Assembly: GCA_945861645.1 (NCBI GenBank)
Contig: CAMAVZ010000015.1
Location: forward strand, 1 to 46,860
Reading direction: 5' to 3'
From: Opitutus sp. GAS368
GTDB taxonomy: Bacteria > Verrucomicrobiota > Verrucomicrobiia > Opitutales > Opitutaceae
DNA length: 46,860 bases
Part shown: positions 39,157-46,860 of the stretch, one piece after another
Position numbering within the stretch: the stretch's first letter is position 1
How the letters are laid out: each line of letters starts with the position of its first letter
Made by a program: the position numbers and the translations under genes
The notes under the pieces: generated by a model
Database searches by the model: none
What the model was told of the DNA's origin: nothing
Seen by the model: only the letters and a program-made list of their open reading frames with translations

Positions 39157-41363
39157 CAGCTGAAGCCTTTTTTTCTCGACGGGAATTTATACGAGTTTCT
39201 GCACTGGCCAGTGGGGGCTTAATCATTGGCTGCGTCCTGCCGGGCCGCGCGCGCGCGTCAGCTCCGCTCGTCGACAACACGGCGCGGGCTTTTACGCCGA
39301 ATGCATTTATTAAGATCACGCCGGATGGCTTGGTTACCTTGGTCGCAAAAAATCCTGAGCTTGGACAAGGCGTAAAGACGGCTTTGCCCATGATTTTGGC
39401 CGAAGAATTGGGCGCCGATTTCTCCAAGGTGCGGATCGAGTATGGAGCGTTGAATGCCCAGCTCGGCCCACAGGATGCGGGCGGCAGCATGTCGGTTTTT
39501 GATAATTATCTGCCTCTTCGCCGAGCTGGGGCGGTGGCCCGCACGCTCCTCATTCAAGCGGCGGCGGAGACTTGGCAGGTTCCAGCGGTTGAATGTAGTG
39601 TCGCTCAGAGTTGCGTTACGCATCAGCCCACCGGCCGCGTCCTGACCTTTGGGGACCTTGCCACCAAGGCGGCGCTGCTGCCGATCCCAGATGAGAAATC
39701 AGTGATCCTTAAACGCCCGCAGGAAAACAAACTTATCGGCAATCGCGTCGGCGGCGTCGACAATCCGGCCATCGTGGTCGGTCAGCCGCTCTTCGGGATC
39801 GACCAAACCATCCCTGGCATGGTTTACGGCGTTTACGTCAAATGCCCCGTCTTCGGGGGCAAGGTGATCTTGGCGAATTTGGACCGAATCAAAAAAATGC
39901 CGGGGGTCCTCGATGCTTTCATTTTAGACGGGACCACGGACTACTACGGCCTGATGCCCGGAGTGGCGATCATCGCCGAGTCCACGTGGGCCAGCTTCAA
40001 GGCGCGCCGCGCCCTTAATGTCACTTGGGCCGAAGGTCCGGGGGCCAGCCACCACTCCACTGATTACGAAAAGCAGGCTACTCAGCTCGGGGCCAAGGGC
40101 GGCCAGGTGATGCGCAACGACGGTGACACTGCGGCCGCGTTAGCTGCCGCCGCCAAGACGGTGGAAGGAGTCTACCACTACCCTTATCTGCATCATGCGA
40201 CCCTCGAGCCGATGAATGCCCTGGCGATTCCGCTGGCGGATGGCGGCATGCAAATAGTGGCTCCCACGCAAAGTCCGGAGGATGCGCGGAATGTTGCAGC
40301 TAGGGTTCTGAACGTACCGCCAGAAAAAATTAAAGTGCAGTTCACTCGTATTGGCGGCGCCTTTGGCCGACGGTTGGTGAATGACTTTGTAGCGGAAGCC
40401 GCCGCGCTGGCGCAGCGGGTGGGGCGGCCGGTCAAGCTGACCTGGACGCGCGAAGACGATACGCAGCAGGGTAAATATCGCCCCGCGGGTTGGCATTTCC
40501 TGCAAGGTGGGATTGATGCGGCTGGTCAGCTGATCGCATGGCGAAATCATTTTGTCACAGTCGGACTGAATAATAACGCGACCGCGGGAACGGCCGCCGA
40601 GATGAGCAGCACGGAATTTCCTTGTCGGTTCTTGCCGAACTTTCGGTTGGAAAAATCCATCATCAGCACCAATGTGCCGACCAATTGGTTGCGGGCCCCA
40701 GGGAGTAATGGTTTGGCCTTTGTATTTCAGAGCTTCATCGATGAATTGGCCCACGCCGCCGGTCGGGATCCATTCGCCTTCCGCCTCGCACTGCTGGGTG
40801 TCGAACGGGAACTGCCCGGCACGGGTCGGTGGGATCCACCCTACAACGTCACTCGCATGAAGGATGTGCTGAAGCTGGCCGCGGAAAAAGCTCAGTGGGG
40901 AAAAAAACTCGCGCGCGGTTCGGGGCAGGGGATCGCGTTTCATTTTAGCCATGGGGGGTACGTGGCGGAAGTGGCGGAAGTGAGCGTTACGCCGGCCGGT
41001 GCGCTGACCGTGCAGCGCGTCGTAGCGGCCATCGATGTGGGTCCAATTATTAATTACAGCGGGGCAGAAAGTCAGGTGCAGGGCTCAATTATCGACGGGC
41101 TCGGCGCCGCGTGGCTGCAAGCGATCACGCTCAGCGAGGGTCGCGTCGAACAAAACAACTTTCATGACTATCCGTTGCTAAGAATTAATTCCAGCCCAGC
41201 ACAAATTGAGGTTCATTTTCTGCAAAGCGCGAACCCGCCAACGGGCTTGGGCGAACCGGCGTTACCCCCACTCCCGCCCGCCGTCTGCAACGCTATCTTC
41301 GCTGCCACTGGCAAACGCATCCGCCGCCTACCGATCGCACAAGCTGATCTGCAGTGGAGTTGA
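39153..41363 (+). CDS. iorB: Tat-exported molybdopterin-binding large subunit, xanthine dehydrogenase family (IorB-like)
   Basis: ATGA overlap with small subunit; SRREFI Tat motif; ELGQGV.T...[34 protein letters not shown]...[12 protein letters not shown]; symbol is family-level only. Confidence 0.9.
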   Translation: MTAEAFFSRREFIRVSALASGGLIIGCVLPGRARASAPLVDNTARAFTPNAFIKITPDGLVTLVAKNPELGQGVKTALPMILAEELGADFSKVRIEYGALNAQLGPQDAGGSMSVFDNYLPLRRAGAVARTLLIQAAAETWQVPAVECSVAQSCVTHQPTGRVLTFGDLATKAALLPIPDEKSVILKRPQENKLIGNRVGGVDNPAIVVGQPLFGIDQTIPGMVYGVYVKCPVFGGKVILANLDRIKKMPGVLDAFILDGTTDYYGLMPGVAIIAESTWASFKARRALNVTWAEGPGASHHSTDYEKQATQLGAKGGQVMRNDGDTAAALAAAAKTVEGVYHYPYLHHATLEPMNALAIPLADGGMQIVAPTQSPEDARNVAARVLNVPPEKIKVQFTRIGGAFGRRLVNDFVAEAAALAQRVGRPVKLTWTREDDTQQGKYRPAGWHFLQGGIDAAGQLIAWRNHFVTVGLNNNATAGTAAEMSSTEFPCRFLPNFRLEKSIISTNVPTNWLRAPGSNGLAFVFQSFIDELAHAAGRDPFAFRLALLGVERELPGTGRWDPPYNVTRMKDVLKLAAEKAQWGKKLARGSGQGIAFHFSHGGYVAEVAEVSVTPAGALTVQRVVAAIDVGPIINYSGAESQVQGSIIDGLGAAWLQAITLSEGRVEQNNFHDYPLLRINSSPAQIEVHFLQSANPPTGLGEPALPPLPPAVCNAIFAATGKRIRRLPIAQADLQWS

Positions 41364-41440
41364 GCGGCGATGATTACCCTGCCTCTGTTTTCCACCCGCT
41401 CGACTGCTTATTGGGCTAAAAACTACCACTCCTAATCCAC

Positions 41441-42163
41441 GTGAAATCTTCAGTTGGCTTAATTTTGCTGGTGGTAATTGGGGGCGCTCTCGGGCCTGCC
41501 GCATCCGCCGCTCTCTTCTCTATTATTACTCCCCCCTCTTTATCCCTCACTATGAATAAACCATCCCTCACCGGCATTGACATCGGCTCTCCTCGTCTGG
41601 CCGGCAAACTAAGCCTGTCGTCACAAGACATCACCATCGTCGCTGGGGGCGAAGATATCTGGGGAGCGCGGGATGAATTCCATTTCGCCTACCTTCCGGT
41701 GACCGGAAATTTCGAGCTGAGCGTCCGCCTCGACTCACTCGCGATGGCCGATATCTACACGAAGGCCGGTATCATGCTGCGGGCTTCCCTCGCTGAAGGA
41801 GCCGAGCATGTCATGCTGCTCGCGTTCGGGGACAATCAGCCCCGCAACAAAAACAACGGCGGCCTCGAGTTTCAGTCGCGGTTGACGGCGAATGGGCCAT
41901 GCCACGGCATTTATCCGCCGCAGCCGCTCCCGCCGCAGCCGGATTTCCCTGCCAGTTATCCGAACGTATGGCTGAAATTGATCCGCGTCGGTGATACCTT
42001 TACCAGCCGAAGCAGTCAGGATGGACAACACTGGAAGACCTTTAGCGTTCATCATCAGCCCTTGCCGGCGGCCGCGTATCTGGGTCTGGCCGCGACGTCG
42101 CACAACGTGCATCAGACCATCAAGGCGGTTTTCAGTCAGCTCAACTATAGCGAACAACCTTGA
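41441..42163 (+). CDS. Concanavalin-A-like/DUF1349-type beta-sandwich protein
   Basis: DIG.P..AG...GGEDIWGARDEFHFAY...GNF, KAGIMLRASL, WLKLIRVGDTF...SQDG..W, LGLAATSH; start ambiguous (GTG 41441 with signal-like leader, or ATG 41552). Confidence 0.7.
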   Translation: MKSSVGLILLVVIGGALGPAASAALFSIITPPSLSLTMNKPSLTGIDIGSPRLAGKLSLSSQDITIVAGGEDIWGARDEFHFAYLPVTGNFELSVRLDSLAMADIYTKAGIMLRASLAEGAEHVMLLAFGDNQPRNKNNGGLEFQSRLTANGPCHGIYPPQPLPPQPDFPASYPNVWLKLIRVGDTFTSRSSQDGQHWKTFSVHHQPLPAAAYLGLAATSHNVHQTIKAVFSQLNYSEQP

Positions 42164-42220
42164 GCAGCACTTGATCGCCTACGCCAAATCTTAATCCCTC
42201 CATCGCATAATAATTCTTCT

Positions 42221-42952
42221 ATGATTTCACTCCAAGGCAAATGGTCACTCGTCACCGGCGCAAGCCGGGGGGTCGGCACTCACGTCTGTGAGGGCCTCGC
42301 CCAGCTCGGATCCAACATCATCCTGCACAGTCGTGAGCTGGCCCACACCCACGCGCTCGCCGCCAAGCTCAAGGGCACTGGCGTCAAGGTCGTCTCCGTG
42401 GCCGGCGAACTCTCCGATCAAGCGCAGGTCGATGCTCTGCTCGCCGCAGCCCTGAAGCAGGCTGGGCAGATCGACATTATCTACAACAACGCCGCCATCA
42501 TGACGCCTTATCGGGCCAACATCTGGGAGATTCCGGCGGAGGATTTTCGGACGAGCTTCGAAGTCAATGTCATCAGCCTCGCCCGCATCTGCCACCGGTT
42601 GGTGCCACTCATGCTCGCTCGGAGATGGGGCCGCGTGATCAACCTTACCTCGGGCATCCAGGAACAACCCGAATTGACCGCCTATTCAATTTCCAAGGCG
42701 GCCGTGGATAAACTCGTCCGCGACTTTGTGCCGAAGTTGGCCGGCACCGGCGTGCAGATGAACCTGCTCGACCCCGGCTGGCTGCGCACCGATCTGGGCG
42801 GACCCAAGGCGCCCAACGACCCAAGCACGGTGCTGCCCGGCGCTCTGGTGCCAGCGCTGCTGGACAATGGCGAAAGCGGCCGCTTCTTCCGCGCCCAGGA
42901 CTATGCTGGTCTATCGTTGGCGCAGGCGGTGGAGAAAGCTTTGAACAAATAA
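42221..42952 (+). CDS. Short-chain dehydrogenase/reductase (SDR)
   Basis: VTGASRGVG, YNNAA, catalytic YSISK, DPGWLRTDLGG. Confidence 0.92.
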   Translation: MISLQGKWSLVTGASRGVGTHVCEGLAQLGSNIILHSRELAHTHALAAKLKGTGVKVVSVAGELSDQAQVDALLAAALKQAGQIDIIYNNAAIMTPYRANIWEIPAEDFRTSFEVNVISLARICHRLVPLMLARRWGRVINLTSGIQEQPELTAYSISKAAVDKLVRDFVPKLAGTGVQMNLLDPGWLRTDLGGPKAPNDPSTVLPGALVPALLDNGESGRFFRAQDYAGLSLAQAVEKALNK

Positions 42953-42973
42953 TATTAAATCGTCCCCCGCTCC

Positions 42974-43882
42974 ATGATCACTCGCAGCAAAATCGCTCCC
43001 ACCGGCCCTGAATTCTCCCGCCTCGTCTACGGCACTTGGCGCATGCTAGATGATGGCTCGTCCATTCAGGAAATTAACCGCCGCCTCCACCGTTGCGTGG
43101 AGTTGGGCATCACCACCATCGACACGGCGGAAATTTACGGCCTCTACAAGGTCGAGGCCGCGCTCGGCCAGGCGCTGGCGCTGTCCCCGGGGCTGCGCGC
43201 GAAAATCGAGCTCATCACCAAGGCGGACATCTACGTGCCGAATCCCAAGCACCCCGCCAGCCGGGTGGCTTGCTACGACGCCACGGGAGCTCGCCTGCGA
43301 CAAAGTGTTGATGAATCTCTCCGGCTCATGGGCACGGACCATATCGAGCTCTTCCTCGTCCATCGGCCCGACTGGCTCACCGGCATCGACGACACGGCCC
43401 AAGGAATAAACGACCTGATCCGAGCGGGGAAAATCCGCAGCGCGGGCGTGTCAAATTACAGTGCCACCCAATTCGCGGCACTCAACAGTCGCTTGGAGCA
43501 ACCGCTCGTGACCAATCAGGTAGAGTTCCATCTGTTGCACATGGCTCCGATTTACGACGGCACGCTGGATCAATGCCAACACCAGCGCTTTCAGCCCATG
43601 GCGTGGAGTCCATTGGCGGGCGGGCGCTTATTCGATCAAACCAACGCCGCCGCTCTCCGTCTCGCCACGGCCGCTGCGGAAATGGCCGTGCGCTACCACG
43701 GCGCGACGCTGGAGCAACTCGCCTACGCGTGGATATTAGCACACCCAAGTCGGCCCCTGCCGGTCATTGGCACCAATAAAATCGAACGTATCGAAAGTGC
43801 GGCGCGAGCAGCCAGTATCATTCTCGCTCGAGAAGACTGGTACGCCCTCTGGATCGCCGCCCAAGGCCACGGGATTCCTTAA
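42974..43882 (+). CDS. Aldo/keto reductase, YdhF-like
   Basis: GITTIDTAEIYG, LVHRPD, GVSNY, TNQVEF, MAWSPLAGG, PVIGT. Confidence 0.9.
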   Translation: MITRSKIAPTGPEFSRLVYGTWRMLDDGSSIQEINRRLHRCVELGITTIDTAEIYGLYKVEAALGQALALSPGLRAKIELITKADIYVPNPKHPASRVACYDATGARLRQSVDESLRLMGTDHIELFLVHRPDWLTGIDDTAQGINDLIRAGKIRSAGVSNYSATQFAALNSRLEQPLVTNQVEFHLLHMAPIYDGTLDQCQHQRFQPMAWSPLAGGRLFDQTNAAALRLATAAAEMAVRYHGATLEQLAYAWILAHPSRPLPVIGTNKIERIESAARAASIILAREDWYALWIAAQGHGIP

Positions 43883-44174
43883 AATTAATAGCCTGGGCCG
43901 AATAGAGTATTCTCTAGGCGCTCGGGCTTTCGGGTGGGGCCGCTAGTCCGCGGTTTATTGGCGCGTGGGGCTTGTTGCTGCTGGTAAAGCAGCTCGTTCG
44001 CCGGCGTCACTCATGCTCGGCTGTTTTTCGACCACGAATAGGTCGGCATTTCATCGGATCTAAACCAAGGTGGGGCACAGCTGCCAAGCTAGTCTGCGTT
44101 GACTCTGTTTTTGCGGGCGCCGATTTTAGCCGAGCTTGCTTTCCCCTCGGGGTATTAATTGACCTGTTCTCCTT

Positions 44175-46511
44175 ATGAAATTCACCAGCGTCGTCGCGGC
44201 CATTTTTTTAATTAGTCTGGGGACCGTTCGCGCGGTCGAAACCAAATTGCCGGTCGATTATGTCAATCCGCTGATCGATACACATAAATCGCGGTGGATC
44301 TTTTTTTCTTCGGCGTGTCGACCATTTGGGATGGTGAATCTCAGTCCCGATACCGATACGGGCGGGGACTGGCTGAAAGGTTATTTGTACGGTTCGAATA
44401 AAATTCGGGCCTTCAGCCACATCCATGGTTGGCAACTCTATGGCCTCGCGGTGTTGCCGACGACGGGCGAGATGCGCGGCCACCTCGGGATGGATGCGTA
44501 TGCGTCGGATTTCTCCCATGCCGATGAAGTCGTGCAAGCCGGCTATCATAAAGTGGTCCTCCAAACCTATGGCATCACCGCGGAGCTCACCGCGACCACG
44601 CGCGTAGGGTTGCATCGCTATACGTTCCCCGCCACCCAACCGGCGCAAGTGCTCTTCGACACCGGGGCGGCGTTAATGGCGCCGATTACGTCCAGTGAAG
44701 TGCATCGCATCAGCGATACAGAATTAGCGGGGTCGGCGGTGATGGCGCCCACGATTCGGCGGCCGAAGCCGTTCACGGTTTATTTTGTCGCGCAATTTAG
44801 TCAGCCCTTCAGCTCTTTCGGCGGTTGGCGTGACGGGGTCGTATTGCCGGGGCCGTTGACGGCTGTCGCGGGGGCTAACGTCGGGGCTTACGTGGGCTAC
44901 CCCAAGCCCCCGACGGGACCACTGCTGCTGAAGGTCGCGATATCCTACACCAGTATCGAAGGCGCGCGCCGCAACTTGGCGGCGGAATTGCCCCATTGGG
45001 ATTTTGACCGCGTGGTCCGTGAGTCGCGGGATGATTGGAATCACCAGCTCGCCCGCCTAGCGGTCACTGGCGGCACGGAAAATCAGCGGGTTAAATTTTA
45101 TACCGACCTCTGGCACGCCTTGCTCGGCCGCCGAATTGTGAGTGATGTTGATGGTGCGTATTGTGACATGACGGGGCCGGCCGCGGTGGTGCGCCACGTC
45201 GCCCTTAATGCCGCCGGGCAGCCGCGCTTTCCGCACCACAATTTTGACGCGCTCTGGGGTAGTCACTGGTCGTTGAATATTCTTTGGTCGTTTGCCTATC
45301 CGGAGGTGATGGATGCTTTCTGTAATACAATGGTGGATATGTATCGGAATGGCGGACTCATCCCCCGCGGTCCGTCGGGGGGGAATTATACTTACGTGAT
45401 GATCGGTGATCCGGCCGCACCATTTTTTGCGGCGGCTTACAATAAGGGCATTCGCGGTTACGATGCGGCGCAGGCTTACGCGGGTTTGCGGAAGAATGCC
45501 TTGCCCGGCGGCATCCGCGATCACGCGGGCTATGAACATAGTGCCGACGCCAGCAGCGGCGGGATGAAATATTATGTAGAGCGCGGTTATGTGCCCGAGG
45601 GGATCAGCGGCACAGGCATGCACAAGGACGGGGCCTCCATGACGCTGGAGTACGCTTATCAGGATTGGTGTGTGGCCCAACTGGCGCAGGCTTTGGGTCA
45701 TCAAGCTGATGCGGTCTGGCTCGGTCAACGAGCGGGTAACTATGCGAAGCTGTGGGATCCAGCGGTGCAATTGATGCGCCCGCGCCTGGTCGATGGTTCG
45801 TGGCTGCCTGGATTTGAGCCGGTAGGTAAAAAAGGATCATTTGCGACCAAGGGGTTCTGTGAATCCAACGCGGCGATCTACACCCATTTTGTGCCGCAGG
45901 ATATGCCGGGGCTGATTCAGCTCTTCGGCGGGCCGGCCAAATACGTGCAGGCACTTAATCGGCAATTTGAACAAGCGGAGGGGAAGAACTTTGTCGTCGC
46001 GCACGGGGAGCATGCGGAGTCGTGGGTCGATTATGATAATCAGCCGGGCACGGCGATGGCTCATTTATTTAATTACGCGGAAGCGCCGTGGCTCAGTCAG
46101 AAATGGGTCCGGGCGGTCAAGGCGCAGGCCTTTGGCGATGTCACGCCCTTTGGCGGTTACAACGGCGATGAAGACCAGGGGCAGATGGGCGCGCTCGGCG
46201 TACTGATGGCGTTGGGGCTTTTTGATGTGGAAGGCGGCGCAGCGCTAAAACCGACTTACCAGATTACGAGTCCACTTTTTGATCGGGTGACGATTCAGCT
46301 GAACCCCGATTATTTTCCGGGCAAAACGTTTACGATCACGACGCTTAATAACCGGCCGGAGAATATTTATATTCAATCGGCCAAGCTTAACGGCCAGCTG
46401 CTCACGCAGGTTTCCTTCCCGCACGCGGTGCTCGCGCAAGGTGGTGAGTTGGAAGTTGTGCTGGGGCCGCAGCCGTCCACTTGGGGTACCTCATCCCACC
46501 GCGCGGAGTGA
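44175..46511 (+). CDS. Secreted glycoside hydrolase family 92 (alpha-mannosidase family)
   Basis: Signal peptide; YVNPLI, PFGMVNLSPDT, FSHIH, TLEYAYQDW, FCESN, GDEDQGQM, NIYIQSAKLNG. Confidence 0.92.
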   Translation: MKFTSVVAAIFLISLGTVRAVETKLPVDYVNPLIDTHKSRWIFFSSACRPFGMVNLSPDTDTGGDWLKGYLYGSNKIRAFSHIHGWQLYGLAVLPTTGEMRGHLGMDAYASDFSHADEVVQAGYHKVVLQTYGITAELTATTRVGLHRYTFPATQPAQVLFDTGAALMAPITSSEVHRISDTELAGSAVMAPTIRRPKPFTVYFVAQFSQPFSSFGGWRDGVVLPGPLTAVAGANVGAYVGYPKPPTGPLLLKVAISYTSIEGARRNLAAELPHWDFDRVVRESRDDWNHQLARLAVTGGTENQRVKFYTDLWHALLGRRIVSDVDGAYCDMTGPAAVVRHVALNAAGQPRFPHHNFDALWGSHWSLNILWSFAYPEVMDAFCNTMVDMYRNGGLIPRGPSGGNYTYVMIGDPAAPFFAAAYNKGIRGYDAAQAYAGLRKNALPGGIRDHAGYEHSADASSGGMKYYVERGYVPEGISGTGMHKDGASMTLEYAYQDWCVAQLAQALGHQADAVWLGQRAGNYAKLWDPAVQLMRPRLVDGSWLPGFEPVGKKGSFATKGFCESNAAIYTHFVPQDMPGLIQLFGGPAKYVQALNRQFEQAEGKNFVVAHGEHAESWVDYDNQPGTAMAHLFNYAEAPWLSQKWVRAVKAQAFGDVTPFGGYNGDEDQGQMGALGVLMALGLFDVEGGAALKPTYQITSPLFDRVTIQLNPDYFPGKTFTITTLNNRPENIYIQSAKLNGQLLTQVSFPHAVLAQGGELEVVLGPQPSTWGTSSHRAE

Positions 46512-46603
46512 TTTTCTTGAAAGAATCTGGAGATTCTGAATATTCGCTCCAAATTTTTTAAGCAGGCCAACGTGATCAGCGATTCTCTGATCATCTTAAA
46601 TCT

Positions 46604-46860
46604 ATGACTACTCCCCATTCATCTCGTCGTGATTTTTTAAAAACCTCTACGCTCGCCGGACTGAGCGCCTCGCTCGCGGGGCTGGCGTTGACCGGAACCA
46701 AGGGGGCTGCCCAAACCGCGGTGGCCTCTAAGAATGCGGCTAATTTGAGCGAAGTTCTGCCCCGCCCGGCCGGACAAAAGCCCGTGCATAACCTTGCGGC
46801 GGCACCGCTAGAGCGGGTGCGCGTCGGGGTCATCGGCCTGCATCGCGGGATGGGTCACGT
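46604..46860 (+). CDS. Partial (3' end outside window) Tat-exported Gfo/Idh/MocA-fold protein, GH109-like
   Basis: Hand translation from ATG 46604: MTTPHSSRRDFLKTS...PRPAGQKPVHNLAAAPLERVRVGVIGLHRGMGH; open to window end; not in ORF track. Confidence 0.75.
   Translation, partial: MTTPHSSRRDFLKTSTLAGLSASLAGLALTGTKGAAQTAVASKNAANLSEVLPRPAGQKPVHNLAAAPLERVRVGVIGLHRGMGH

Noticed and set aside
74-46833. Many long antisense or alternate-frame ORFs (e.g. 74-841, 22381-23007, 34372-35028, 37681-38388, 40140-40952, 45057-45770)
   Set aside because: They overlap well-supported genes and have no motifs; expected shadow ORFs in GC-rich DNA

Overview
46.9 kb of a GC-rich bacterial genome, most likely Verrucomicrobiota/Opitutaceae (inferred from the style of the TonB-dependent receptor N-terminus and the absence of SusD). 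After panE and an OPT transporter, the window is a large glycan-utilisation locus. It has a beta-(gluco)mannan-type core (GH5, CE7, GH1, GH2 beta-mannosidase, GPH transporter), a XylR-type regulator and a TonB-dependent receptor. A ~17 kb envelope module of unknown function follows: FG-GAP lipoprotein, membrane-anchored TPR protein, two outward-facing ASPIC/UnbV-FG-GAP paralogues, an STT3/AglB-like membrane protein lacking WWDYG, a YyaL/DUF255 protein lacking CxxC, an SHD1/thioredoxin-like/TonB_C-like/beta-sandwich fusion and a vanadium-haloperoxidase-family protein. Next come redox genes (Tat Gfo/Idh/MocA, IorAB-like molybdoenzyme, SDR, AKR), an AmpG-like MFS, an alginate-lyase-family protein, GH92 and the start of a Tat GH109-like gene missed by the ORF track. 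Main observation: six intergenic regions share one architecture, two CTCA-core direct repeats exactly 21 bp apart with a -10-like hexamer starting 23-24 nt after the second core. This suggests one regulon joining the CAZymes, the receptor, part of the unknown module and the molybdoenzyme. All family assignments come from reading motifs by eye; no searches were run.
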